From positions 9,486,001 through 9,550,000 of the forward strand of contig OZ004608.1 of NCBI GenBank assembly GCA_963924565.1: a DNA stretch of 64,000 nucleotides. Reading direction: 5' to 3'. The notes beneath the pieces were generated by a model. That model worked only from the letters and a program-made list of their open reading frames with translations, was not told the DNA's origin and did no database searches. Positions 13,101 through 26,094 of the stretch are shown piece by piece (the stretch's first letter is position 1; every line of letters begins with the position of its first letter). A program made the position numbers and the translations under genes. This DNA is from Ascidiella aspersa (taxonomy: Eukaryota).

Positions 13101-16100
13101 AAAATGTCCGTACAGAAGTAGGTAGCTTTTAAACGTTTCGAGTATACCTTCATTCATTTTCAACCTAGTCAGTTACTCCCCTAAATTTTTTTTTTTTTGG
13201 TATACCGGCATTTCTTCTAAATTTAAGTTTTTATTACATTGCCGACAGTAAAAAAATAAAAAAATGTTTAAAAAATATATGTAATATTTTTTAATACTTT
13301 TTCCCATTTTATGCTACGCACTTGGCAGCCTTCCACGGCGCAACGGTAAAGAATCGCTGAGCTAGTTGAAAAGGCAGCATCAAACGTAAACAAACGTATA
13401 ATAAATATTCGCGCGAAGCGCGAAAATTTTTCGCAGTTACGCAGTTAAAATAGTCAAAAAGTATGTTAAATAGACCTATGTCTAATTTGTCAAAGAGGCG
13501 GCGGGCCGGGTCCGGCCCGCGGGCCGTAGGTTGCCGACCCCTGGTTTGGACAAACAGGTCAGGGCGAAAATTGCTTATATTGGCAAGTGGTGAACAGCAT
13601 TTTCAACTGATTATTTAAAATAAAACGAGTGATTCCGAAACACTTCTGGTATACTATGTTCGCCTCGATTCAGAATCTTTCCAAGTTATCCAATTAAAAT
13701 TACCACTAAAACCATATGTTAAAAGAAAACTGTTTATGACTGACGCGACATTGACAGAAGGCAGCTTCCACTGTGTGTTACATTCTTCCTCTTCCAAACT
13801 CGCGAACGATTGGTCAAGAATCGAATCCTTGTCGCCATCTGACGGCTGATCGTACTGGTCCAGACCGCACGATTCTCGCCACTTGGTGAGCCATTGCTGC
13901 ACGGAGTCGTCGAGGATGAGGTTCGAGCCATCATTCTTCGCAACGACACTGTATATTCAAGAAATGCAGACCTTAAGCATCCTAACACTATTTTGTTTAC
14001 CAGAACGCATACCATTTTGATTGACAGCCTAATTACGTATTAAATGATATTGCCAACAGTGTTTTGTTTTACATATGTTTTAAGAGGGACCAGTCAACAT
14101 TTTTTGCATAGGAAACGAAAAGATATAGCCTCCTTGTTTGTAAATTGTGTATATATTATGTTTTACACTACCGTTATATAATATTGCATAGAAACAATAA
14201 GTCAAGGTTTTACATTAAGATTATCGCTGACTTTCAACTAAATGTTCAATGTTTCAATTTCAACATTAACAAAACAGCGAAACTAAATATAAAACTCGTG
14301 GTTGTTACTCGAATAACGGGCTGTTAATGCACTTGTTTTTTTTATAACTGGTTTGGGCTACAAATCGACCGTTAACTGACAATTTTAAACCTGTGTAATA
14401 AGTCAAATTTCAAGGCCGCGAAAGCAAGACCGACTATAAAGACAAGTTATCTTTCTTTTCCCAAATTTTGCGTAAATACAGAAAATAGAAATGCAATTCA
14501 AGGCTTAAACTTATACCGCAGTCCAGTGGCGGGGCAGTAGTGGTAGACCAGGCGACTCGGGTCGGAGCACTTTCGGATCCTGGCCCGGATGCGGAAGAGC
14601 TTTGATGTCCTGGCGGGCACCTCGGCGTCGATGACGTCACGTATTGAGGAGAGGGTGATCGGCGATCCGTCACCGAAGACAACTGCTCGAAGAATTCGAA
14701 AAAAAGTTTTTTTTAAGTATTGCAAAGGTGTATACTAGAAAAAAAAGTTAAATTTTGGGGGGCTGGTCACAGATGTTACTTTTTTAATAGTTCAAAAGCG
14801 CTGGAATCACAATTTATTTATTTAGCTAGCCAGCTCTTTGAATAAATTGCATTTTCACACGTGCTTCAAATCTTTAAAATCGTTTAAAAAAAGGATTTAT
14901 CAACTTATTTAAACTTGTGTTGAGATCCATATTTCAAGAGGGAAAATACGTTCAGTGTATCAGGGGGGTTGGCAAAAGGTTGCCGACCCCTGGTATAAGA
15001 CGTTCTTGTATTTTAGCTGACTTGGCACACAGCTCGGCTCAGATGTTGCGCTAATCGAATAACACTCGGGAAAAACGATCTTCGTTTAGTATTGCAGGTG
15101 GCGAAAGACGTGCTTGTAATTTAGCGTTGTTCCGTACATGGATCTACAAATCAATCAGATATATTTCACGGTCTTGTTTTCGTTTTTCGCCTGAAGTGAA
15201 CGATTGCTCACTAAGCGGTGTTGCAGCTGGCGCCTGGCAGGAGTTTAGACGACGCACGGTTAGCTTTGCGTCTAAAGGTTCGCTTTTTCTGGACGTTTAT
15301 TGGCTGTTTCTGATAATTTTTTATTTATTTATGACGTTAATGCAAATGGCTATTTTATGACGTCATATCCGTCACTATTGTATGACGTCATTAACGTCAG
15401 ACGGAAAAACGGGGAATTTCCCAAGTTAAAAACCCTACGTTGGAAAATTCGGGACCCCCCCCCCTTTTTGGATTTCTGGATACGCCCCTGAATACGTTCC
15501 GCTTTTTATATAAATCTTCAAAAATATTTCACAACAAACAATAAGGCAATATATGGCAGTAAGTGTGGAAAAAAACTTAAGATATATATTTCGACCTGAA
15601 AGCCAGGATAATGAAAATGAAAAAAATCATGCGATTTTAATTAAAATCACCAACATACATTTGACCTCAAAACCAAAATTAAAAAATATATATAGCAAAT
15701 TTAATTTACAATTAAATAACAAACGATTAAATGTTTTAAGTTTTTAGGTCGCGCAAAGAGAAAAAAAAAGTCGCTTAACATTTTCTATCAAAACGACAAT
15801 ATTAAACTTGAGAATCACCCTGAAGGGCAAATATTATGCTATAAGGGCAATAAGTTAAGGTACTAATACTATCAGTTTTCCAGTGGATAATGTGCATTCA
15901 AGACTCACATACTTGTTTGCATTTAATTTTCGAATACAAATTTTTTTTGCAAAATAACAACAGTTACGCGCCAAGCTTGAAAATCAATCTAGCGACACAC
16001 AGTTTAGCAACCTGCAATTCTAAAACCGCCTTCAGGCCGATGCGAAAGCCGCTGCGAAACCCAACAAACAAAACAGACCTACAAAGAACCAAAATTATAA

Positions 16101-19100
16101 AACTTACCCGTGCGCGAATCCTGGTGGCAGCGAAGAGCTTCGCCGCTCTCCTGTGTCGCCACCTCCTGTGAGTCCTGGGAAGCAGCTGGATCTGGATCCC
16201 CGTTGGTAGCCACTTCCATGTCCGCAAGCATCCCGAGGGTGTCCACGGTTCCCTGGGCGGACTGAGATAAAATTGTTATCAGAATGGGTGTTCACTGTTC
16301 AAACTAAATTGTGTTTGCGTTTGACAAATCACGTTCCGAGTATTTCTAACACGGAAAAGCAGTGAAATAAAGCGACAACTTTATAAACAAAAATACAAGA
16401 AAAGTTTAGTTTGTCAGGAAAAATATTTGTCAGTAAACAAACGTCATTCAGCAAACTTTAAGTTTAATGAGAAGTTTTGCCCTAAGGGCTAATATGAAAA
16501 TTATAAATAATTTATTTTTGAAAATGTTCGATTTCAAACAAACAAATTTTTATGAAATATTTAAAAACACCTTGCATTTAAACTATATCTGTTTTGGTTG
16601 TTTTTCAATATCAAAAATAATAAACAATATTAGACCAGGAGCAGAAATTATAGTATCGTATATTTTGACTTAGTGATAGTTCGTGTTATCACTAAATAGA
16701 ATTAAAAGAAAAAAAAATACTGTTATATCAAAATACCTTAGACAATGAACGAACGAAGCAGGACATAGAGGGCGAAAAAAACTGTTTTTTAGTCAGACTT
16801 GTGTGAAACAGTTAATGAGTAAACCTTTCAAGGAAAAAATGGAAAATATTATCAAAATATTGTTTACCGCAATCGGCAACGCAACAAAAACAAAGAGTGG
16901 GGGGGTTACTTCTAAATAAAAAGACCTCCGGAATTCTTCACACTGTTGTTTATATTCAGCCAAATGCTGATTTAGAATCAACATGAACCACGTCAAGGCA
17001 AACATCTTTGTAGAACCCTGACTTTTCCCCTCTCTCCTACCTGCACTGAGTTAGGTTGTTGTGCCACGAGTTCAACCACGCTTCCGCTTGGCATCGGGCT
17101 CCGGTCAACCAGTTCACCCTGAGAGCGCTGAGGTGGCGTCCTGAAAACGTCATCCGATGTAGTCGAGCTCGGGCTAGGGCCTTAAGGCAGACACAAAAAT
17201 TTCACGCAACGTTCCGACTATACAGTCGAGTCAGGCTTGGACAACTAGATTAATGTTAGCTTTTTTAAATTAGTTTTGAATTAAAATTAAAGCATTTCAG
17301 TTTTTCCAAACTAGAGTAGAATTGGATCAGTATTGTTTTCTTAAATTAGATTAGAATTAGAAATACCAAATAATTGAAAACTAGAATTTGAACAAGAATT
17401 CCATTTAATTAACTACAACAAGTTTCATTTACATCGCAGTTTATTCTCATAAGACTGTGAATCGTAACTATTTGTGTGCTAATTTCATTATTTTTTTGCA
17501 TGGGCCTCTGCTTTTTAAACTGTAAAAATCATGAACAAGTCGTTTTGAGTATTTAAGAGAGTATTTACATTCTTTGCTGCGACCGAGAGATTAAAAACGC
17601 CGCTGGACAAAATACCGTTTTAACAAAATTTGAATTAGATTAGAATTAATCAGAGCACACCAGCCATTCACAAATACAATATGGATTAGGCACATTTTGC
17701 TCTAATTCATAAAATTAAAAAAATAGAATAACTATGTTGCGTCACGACTGTATTTGGCGGTATACTGAAGTAAAGGAAAGCTTAAAATAAGTGAAACTCA
17801 ATGTTTCTGCGACCTTTAAACGTGTGTGGATATTAGTTTTCCAGATACCTTTTTCACGTGGTAAATATGGGACCCTAATTTAAATAATTTAATTTTAAAG
17901 GAATGGACAATGTTTTCTAGATTTAATATTGATTTTTACACGTTTTAAGTAGATAAAAAGATGGCCGGTCTCTTTAAGACAGCTGGTAAGCTTACATTGT
18001 GTTTTGATATTCAAGGAAAATTTCGAGTACAGGTGCTCACAACCTTGCAAACAATGTTCAAATTGTGTCTGACATTTTAAAACGTTTTTTCAATTGCACA
18101 ACTTTGATTTAGCAAATTCTGTTAAAAAGTTGGGTTAAGTTTTTTGTTAATCTTACTAGAAAACTTTTGCTTTTTTGCCAGCGCCGCTGAAGTTGAAGCA
18201 TTGGGTGAGAGAATCCTCTTTTTGGGCTCTTCCAATGACGAATCGATAGATGCCAACCTCGCTTCTATTGCGTCTTTTAATGATCTACATGAACATGTCA
18301 AACGAGATTTTTAAATACCACCAAAAACGTAAACCATGCCAATCTGCCATGTGTTGGTTTCACAAAAAAAAAAACTTATCCAACTAAGTATTCCCAATTA
18401 AATACCTAAAGGCCTTACCTTTTTAGTTCTGTAAGATCGCCTGAATCAGTTCCAAGGCACATCAAGCCCCTGTTAAAGGCCAACCCCCCATGCAAAAACA
18501 GCTCTGAACTCCCTTCTGCCTCTGAATCTGCGTTGCCAGCCTTCTTCGAGGCGTGGAGGTTTACAAAACGAACAAACATGCCTTAAAAACATTTTTATAT
18601 AAATTGTCAAGCGAGATTATGAGATATGTCTTTTAAGTCAGATGCTTGTTCAATACCTGGTTGAATGTCCAAAGTTTGTACTGTGTCCACATGATTGTCA
18701 TAAACAGCAACATCAACAATATACTCATCTATTAATGGCATGTTTGGCATGAGGGTAAAAGTAGTGTCCTGGAAAAAATGTATATAGTTGTATTTACATA
18801 TTTTTTTCCCAGAAATATAGTTTTATCTAAAGTGAAATCTTTATTTTAAAAGGCTATTGATTTGCAAGCAAATACCTGATTTACTTGCGCTTTTTGGATT
18901 TGATGAGATGGGAGGGTCCCATCCCACGCTTTAAAAACAATGGTGTCAACATTAATCCGAGCGATGCCAACAATCTGTACAAGAATCATAATAATCTGAA
19001 TTATTATATACATAATATATAGAGCCAATGCACACAACGCATTAATTACTAAGATGGTAGTATAAACATTGGTTAGAAATTAAGCAGTAGCCTTTTATCC

Positions 19101-21157
19101 TGAAAGGATGATGTGCACACCTTAAATTTAGCTATGTACCCTGTGCATGGTTTTGAAAGAAATAAACAATTGTAGTGTTCTATATTTGTGAACGCTACAT
19201 TGTTAATTTTTAGCACTGACCAAATCTATTGTTTTTTTATATAGTCAGGCAGCTTAACTATTTAGAAATACTTAAAGCTAAGAATGATATGTCAAAAAAT
19301 CACGCTGAGACACTGTACAAATGTTATATGTATTTATATGTAATGCCATATGCCGCTTCAATTAAAGAGAATTTAACTTGGTCAATGTTCCTTCTTAATT
19401 CAGTATGAATTTTAGCTGATTGAAACAGTAACTTTCTTCATAATTTATTATTTTCAGACAATAACCTGACAACTCCAGTCAAAGTATGTTCCCGGCCTTG
19501 CTTCTATAAGCCTGCGAGATCCACCCATGGTTGCTGTCTTTCCCAACGAGTCCAGTGACCAAGATTGTATGCTCACCCACTTCTTAAGGTCTTTTACCAG
19601 CTTTTTATCGCTATCCAGAACAGTCCATGATACAGCTGCAGACTTACCGTTGTCAATCTGTTCATCTCGCTAAATAGCGGTAATCATTTTAAAATATCAG
19701 CTTATCTTATAAACAATAAAAAACAAGGAAACAAAATATTAAAGATTTAAATACTGATGATTGCCATTTATTAAACACCTTACTTTGACATTTGATGAGA
19801 TGAAATTTACAAAAGAAAATGAAAACGAAAAAATTTAAAATTAGGAAGTCCATTTATTTCACAGTATCAAATTTAATTTAAATCTCATATTTCAAAGAGT
19901 CACCTTTGATGTCCATGTAACCCAGGACCATCCTTTTCCACCAACCAGCGTAATGTTCCCCATATAAATATCAATTCTCATCCTATGAAGGCGTATGATA
20001 TCCAAAACGTTTACCTTAAAAAACAATTTTTGAGCTTAAAATCGTGCATTCTGCAATAAATATTATTGTTTTGCAACAAAATTATAAAAAATGAAATAGG
20101 GATTTTGCACAAAGTTGAACAAAGCTTTAAGCAGCCTAATCAAGGCAAACAAAGTAATATAATTAAGTTAATTTTTCATTTCACAAAATAAAATGATGTT
20201 TTTCAAATCAAAAACTCGCAAAAGATATATTTTAAAACTTTTCAATTTTCAGGGATAAATGCTTTAACGAAAACAATAAAGCATCGGTAATTTGTGTAAT
20301 AGTTCTTTCTTCCCAGAATCTCTAAACAAGTGGTTGTTATTTAATACTAAACAATTTATAAATCATTACATCAGGAAGATCTTTCTCGAGGGGAAGAAAC
20401 AGAGTCACTTTTATTCCATCTTGATCCTCATATGTATCATCGGTAATTCTCAACACTTTAAAATAGTCTACAAAAAATTATTTATTAATTTACTTGAGGT
20501 TATATTTACCACAGGCCAAACTAAGATCACTGCACCATAACGATGTTTTCCGCCAATTGCTTAATCAACACCGATAAAACAGTCATAAATAGTAGGCCAA
20601 CTGTAAAGAGCTTAGACTTACCTAGACAATATAAAAGAGAAAACCTAGACAATATAAAAATAAAGACTTGTCTAGGGCACCAATCAATTAGATGCAATTA
20701 ACGTTTTTTGAGCATTCCCTTCTTTATGTTTCTTGCAAAGCGGTTTCAGAATGTGTCATGCACGTTTTTTTTTTACTATTTTATACATAACTTAACTAAA
20801 TTTGGCACAAAGTACAAAAACAGAAAAAAGAATATCAAATAGTTGTACAAGGTTGGTTTATTTGAGTGAATAGTTTGGCACTGGGTGTTGTTAGGATAAG
20901 TGAATGTAGAATTAGGAAATACTTTTCAATATTTCGCCCCATCGGGAGCCAAGAGTTTCATTTATCCACATACCTCTTCCTTTTGACATTCTCGTTGGTC
21001 TGCTGTCCATCACAACGCCATAAACATTAAAACAGTCCTTGCTTCCGACGTTGCTTTCAAGTTCCTTAAGCTTCGTGTACGTGTAAACTGTTACTTTTCC
21101 TCGACGGTTTTCGTTCCACGTTTTTGGTCTGTCTATTGTTGCATTTGTCGTGGTCAT
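10113..21157 (-). CDS. POT1: Protection of telomeres 1 (OB-fold single-stranded telomeric DNA-binding shelterin subunit), about 16 coding exons
   Basis: Spliced peptides match POT1 motifs: YTYTKLKEL..NVYGVV..SKGRDY, DIIRLHRMRI, YFDWSCQ, KAWDGT, VAVYDNHV, LHGGLAFNRG, FRIRARIR..HYCP, TFTFADDDSTELEA, YEIVNT. GT-AG exons: 21157-20974, 20467-20370, 20014-19904, 19669-19466, 18974-18876, 18768-18657, 18581-18419, 18284-18157, ~17140-17041, 16261-16108, 14682-14517, 13948-13745, 12873-12807, 12336-12219, 11616(or 11654)-11433, 10343-10113. Two junctions (18157 to ~17140; 12219 to 11616) are phase-discordant and need an extra small exon or a different splice site. Confidence 0.93.
10678..11443. repeat. 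Diverged direct duplication (~220 bp; 10678-10898 and 11216-11443) in the last POT1 intron, including the exon end and donor site
   Basis: Shared blocks include tcaagcat(a/ag)aaatgttca, caccttctatcaaaaaatggcat, tataggacatcactagcg and cactcaact(t/c)acc. Confidence 0.85.
13500..13543. mobile_element. One end of a hAT (Charlie-like) MITE
   Basis: ggcccgcgggccgtaggttgccgacccctg is a typical non-autonomous hAT terminus; the same terminus recurs at 14979-14992. The other end was not located. Confidence 0.55.
14961..14992. mobile_element. Internally deleted 32-bp hAT remnant made of two terminal inverted repeats
   Basis: CAGGGGGGTTGGCAA..TTGCCGACCCCTG; the right end matches the terminus at 13531-13543. 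No clear TSD. Confidence 0.5.
17223..17750. mobile_element. Tc1/mariner-type MITE in a POT1 intron
   Basis: TA|CAGTCGAGTC ... GTCACGACTG|TA: short imperfect TIRs, TA flanks on both sides, internal (AATTAG)n-like repeats. Confidence 0.55.
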
Positions 21158-21776
21158 CTTGCATTCCGAATGTTCTAACCCTTCCCTTAACAACACAAAA
21201 ACAGTCTGTAATATTACAGATAAACCGACAACAGCAGATATAGTTGTTTCATTATCGACTCTGTTTGCGAGATATAGTAACAAAAAGTTATAAGACCCAG
21301 TTCCATTAGTTTCAAAATTTAAACAAACTTGTTGTGAGTAAATGGGGATTACCCGTACCACTCACCCGCGCAATCGCTACGCGTGAACAGTTTTAACTTT
21401 GTAGAAAAATAAAGTAAAATGACAATTTTTTGCAGTCCAAAGTTAACTGAATTGATGTCTAATATTTGGTGTTTAAAGTAAAATGTTTTCATCAAACCGG
21501 TATTTAATTAATTAACTTCTGTAAAAAGCATTCTAGGTTTATGTAGCAAGTGTTCTTCTAAACAAAATCGAGGTCGAATTATTACAAAAAAATAGATTAC
21601 CTAAAAAATTAAAAAATTGATGTTGCATTATAAATTTACTACAACTATCAAATTCGAGATGGTTATATGGACTTTTTAATTAATTTTTCCTTACAAAAAC
21701 GTGAAAAACAAATATATACTAGAGTGCATTGGATTAAAAAATCTGTGAACCAAAGCCAAATTTTCGTTTATTCTTT

Positions 21777-21789
21777 GTTGCTAAGAAAC
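21777..21789 (+). promoter_or_regulatory. RFX X-box-like motif upstream of DNAJB13, in the POT1/DNAJB13 divergent interval
   Basis: GTTGCTAAGAAAC fits the X-box half-site pattern and lies ahead of a motile-cilia gene. Confidence 0.5.
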
Positions 21790-22443
21790 GGAAAGTTTTG
21801 ACGATTCTTTTGGAATTTTAAAGTCAGTCCCAACAATTTTAGTAAAAGTGAGCCTCAAATAAAGCAAGTATCTTCTTATGTCGATTAATAATAAATGTAC
21901 TAACAGGTTATTTTTTATTTTAAAGCACTAGAATTTCATGTTTTTAACGTTTTATTAGTGTTCTTGTAAGTTGTTTTTAGCTAATATTTGTATCTTTTGT
22001 TTCATTCAGTATTACTGATATCAGCAGATTATAAGCATTATGTGGAATAATAATATAAACAAAACTAAAACCTTTATTTTTTGTATTATAAAACTTACAA
22101 CCTTTTATGTAACAAACTACAACCTTTTATGTAACTTATAGTGTATGGGAATTGTGCTCAAAAGTTTTGCTATTTTTATTCTATTGTTTGTAAAACCTTA
22201 CATGTGTTTAAGTAGTATATGCAATCATCTTTCAAATAATATCACATGCTGCCAGGCTTTAAATATTGCCACACATTTTGAATTACAATCTACTTATTAT
22301 AAAACAACTTTAAATATTTTAACCATTCATTATTATTAAGTTTTAACTAACTATATAGTGCCAGTAGCTGAAGAATTACAAAATTCATTTTTCAGGTACC
22401 TTGAATTTTATTTACCCATTTATCTTAAATATAATTTTTTAAC

Positions 22444-23382
22444 ATGGGTGTAGATTATTATGCAATCCTTTCTTTGACTCGAAATTGCAACGATGCTGAT
22501 ATTAAGAAAGCCTATCGCAAGCTCGCCCTTAAACTACATCCAGACAAAAACAAAGACCCTGGATCTGAGGATAAATTCAGGCAAATTGCAGAAGCTTATG
22601 ATGTCCTCAGTGTGCCACAAAGAAGAGCAATCTACGACCAGTTTGGAGAAGAAGGTTTAAAAGGTGGAGTCCCAGCTGGTCCAGATGGGTTCACTGTGGG
22701 GTACACTTTCCATGGGGAGCCTGAGAAAGTGTTCCGCGAGTTCTTTGGCGGCGACAATCCGTTTGCCGACTTCTTTGACGGCGAAGGCGACTTCATGCTC
22801 GGATTTGGCGGGATTCAGGGAAAAGGAAGAAAAAAGCAGGATCCAGCCATTGAAAGGGACCTCTTTCTCTCGCTGGAGGAACTCTTTCATGGATGTGTAA
22901 AGAAAATGAAGATCTCCAGACGTGTGATAAACGAAGACGGCCACTCATCCAGCATCCGAGACAAGATTCTCACCATACAAGTGAAGCCAGGATGGAGAGC
23001 CGGCACAAAAATCACGTTCCCACAGGAAGGCGACCAAGGTCCAAACAACATCCCAGCTGATATTGTATTTGTTGTCCGGGATAAGGCGCACTCACTCTTC
23101 AAGCGTGAAGAAAACAACCTCATTTTCGTGGCTCAGATCCCTCTGGGCAAGGCTCTGATAGGATGCAGCATTGAGGTCCCGACTCTGGATGGAAGGCTGC
23201 TCAACATTCCGATAAACGATATTGTGCACCCCAAGTACACCAAGAGCATCCCGGGCGAAGGTATGCCTCTTTCCAAGACGCCCTCCGAGAGAGGAGACCT
23301 CGTCCTACAGTTTGACATTCAGTTTCCCGAACACCTGACGCCAGAGAAAAAGCAGCTCATCCGACAAGCTTTGCTTGTTTAA
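22444..23382 (+). CDS. DNAJB13: DnaJ homolog subfamily B member 13 (radial-spoke HSP40), uninterrupted 312-aa CDS
   Basis: J-domain with HPD (LKLHPDKN), G/F-rich linker, [55 protein letters not shown], and C-terminal [13 protein letters not shown] typical of DNAJB13. A 5'-UTR acceptor ttttcag lies at 22389-22395. Confidence 0.93.
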   Translation: MGVDYYAILSLTRNCNDADIKKAYRKLALKLHPDKNKDPGSEDKFRQIAEAYDVLSVPQRRAIYDQFGEEGLKGGVPAGPDGFTVGYTFHGEPEKVFREFFGGDNPFADFFDGEGDFMLGFGGIQGKGRKKQDPAIERDLFLSLEELFHGCVKKMKISRRVINEDGHSSSIRDKILTIQVKPGWRAGTKITFPQEGDQGPNNIPADIVFVVRDKAHSLFKREENNLIFVAQIPLGKALIGCSIEVPTLDGRLLNIPINDIVHPKYTKSIPGEGMPLSKTPSERGDLVLQFDIQFPEHLTPEKKQLIRQALLV

Positions 23383-24299
23383 TTCCGCGTTTTGTTGCGC
23401 TATCGACCGTTTCTCTCTTGGTGTCAGAATTAAAAATATAGCAGCGTTCTTCAATTTTTGTACTTTTCTACGTTGCGTCGTTACTTGTTTTCGTTGTTGT
23501 TCTTCTAAGCAGCGTGCTGCATGGAATTTTCTTATTTGCATATCAGATTGTGATGCTCCGCGGGATAAACTACATTTTTGTTGTTCAACTGAAACACAAC
23601 CATTTTTGGGGCGAAAGTGTTGTATTTTTTATCTCAAACAATTTTGTTTCGTATTAAAATAACAGCATATATGCTTGATGAGCATTACGTGATCAGTTTG
23701 AGAGCTTATACAGAGTTATGCCATGATTAAACTTGATGTCAAGACTAAATAATTATTTTTGGTAGTACCGATATAAGTTAATATAGGTATTTTTGCCACA
23801 ATTTTTCACCCTATGCAGCAATTTCTACCTTAAAGGTACATAGACAACCAATGGTAATTAAAATTCTTTAAACTATTTCTTTTAAGCAACCACTTTAAAT
23901 AAGCCGAGAAAAAATTATCCTTAAACGTTTTATTTTTATAACTATTTTGTTTGCTTTAGCACAGTTATGACGTCATTGGTATCAAATCGGATACTTTTTG
24001 CTTGAATCGGATTGAAATATCAAGTATCGAACTTCCCTAACTTCAAGTAGCCTACTAGCTACAGGTGACAATGTGGAGAGACTTTTGGTCCCTAATATCA
24101 ACGAGCTTGAAGGCAGATAATTTTTGCAGGCTTAATTTTTATCAAGAAGATAATTGGATTTAAATAAAAGTATGCTGGATTGGTAATATTAAAATGACAT
24201 CATTTAATGTCCACTTAGTAACAGCTTTAAAACATATTTTGTTCCTCCTTTTTCTTGCGGGTTGGCTTTGCGTTTGTCCGACCAGTAGGGTACAGGAAA

Positions 24300-25200
24300 A
24301 GCGAACCTTCCACACATTGAAGGTCAAATTCGCGGAAAATTCGACCAGGTTCACTGGAATGTCACTGCAAAAACTCACTCCACCAACCACGAAAACGGAA
24401 TTGTGGTGTGACACGTCAGGCTCCGCGCCAAGAATTTACATTCCGCAAGGGTTCAGACACCACGTCTTCCGGATTCTACACTCAGTGACCCATCCAGGAA
24501 TCAAACCCACCATCGAATTGATCGCCAAACGCTACGTATGGCCACATATGAAGAAGTATGTTTGCATTTGGGCCAGACAATGCCACGAATGTGCAACTTG
24601 TAAAGTGACACTACACAATTTCACTACAATTGGACGATTGCAAGCAGTTGAGAGAAGATTTGAATGTGTGCACGCAGACATCATGGGACCATTAAATGAC
24701 AGCAACGGTTACAAGTACATTCTAACCATGACAGATCGATTTTCTAGATATGTAGAAATTGCACCTCTAAACGATATAACAACCGACACTGTGATAGAAG
24801 CTTTTCTACACACCTAGATTTCAAGATATGGAATATGCTACACTGTGACCACAGACCGTGGATCTCAGTTCACATCAAACCAGTGGAAGGAAATGAAGGA
24901 ATATTTGGGGATACAACATAACACAACCACCTCGTTTCATCCACAAAGCAACGGCCAAATCGAAAGATTTTCACATACAGCTAAAATCGTGTATAAGATC
25001 ACAGACTTTAGATGAGGACTGGTATTACAACCTGTCGCTCATTATGCTGCAATTGCGATCAACGTGGAAAGAGGATTCACAGTGCTCGCCAGCAGAACTT
25101 CTCTACGGGAAAACACTAAAATATCCCAATGAGGTTTTTGCCACTACGCCGGCAAAAAGCGAGGTAACAGCAAGAAGCATTCTTTGCAAAATTCGCGCCT
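24300..25200 (+). pseudogene. Disabled Gypsy integrase (H2C2 zinc finger plus rve DDE core)
   Basis: LHSVTHPGI...CHEC, VHADIMGPL, TDRGSQF, HPQSNGQIER, SPAELLYG. In-frame TAG at 24815-24817 where W is expected (LHT*ISRYG), and a frameshift near 24970. Confidence 0.9.
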
Positions 25201-26094
25201 ATGGACAAACAGCGATACAAGCCACCCTTGGATACATGGAATAATTTGCTTTCTTGTAATCCAAACGTGCATTTGGGAAATGAAATTGACCATCGCAGCT
25301 CTGTCAGAAAGGCTTCAACAGCGTTTCCCGAACAACCCATTCGAACAGCGAATGACGAACATGCGGATTCGCTTCTCAGGATGGCGCAATCACCTACGCA
25401 ATTTTGCTAGGAGAAACACAAAGATGCCACCCTCATAAAACAACACAAATAACCCTACCCATACCCCAACCCCTTCTAACTTACAGTCGGCGGCAATACC
25501 GTTGACGACAGCGCGAACAACGATACAGAGGCCTAAATTAAACCATGCTTAATCACCTAAAAGCCAAACGCTATAAGCTTGTCGAATTGTGCATGAAATT
25601 AATCGCCATGTATCTATAATTCGATGTATATCGTATTTTATCAATGTACGCCTGAAATTTATTTGTGTCGCAAAAGGGTTCGAGCGACCAAGAAAAATTA
25701 TTTTTCATAAATTGTTTATAAAACAGACAGCCTTTAGCTGTCCATTTCAGTTGCCGCAGCTTAAAGAGCCCGGCCAAGAATTGATTGATACCTGTATTGC
25801 ATTTTCAATCGTTTGTGTACATATGGCTCGCAGAAAAAAAATATTTTACAAAATCGCCCACCAAAAAAATATAAAAACACCCATAAAAACGTTACTCTGT
25901 TGAGTTGTATATATATTGCATTCTTATAACGCCACGCTTGTTTTTCGTTCGCCACTTTTGCATGCTATTTCTCTTTGTGTCCCACAGCTTTTGACACGCA
26001 CCCAAACCACATCCTAATATCAATCTTACGGATCTCTTTTCAAATTAATGAACCATCCTTCCTACGTCTGAATTGTTCATTGGAAGGGGGATTC

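Noticed and set aside
24050-24085. GCTACA-GGTGAC as a possible 5' LTR end and primer-binding site
   Set aside because: The upstream sequence does not match the 3' LTR and no TSD is seen.
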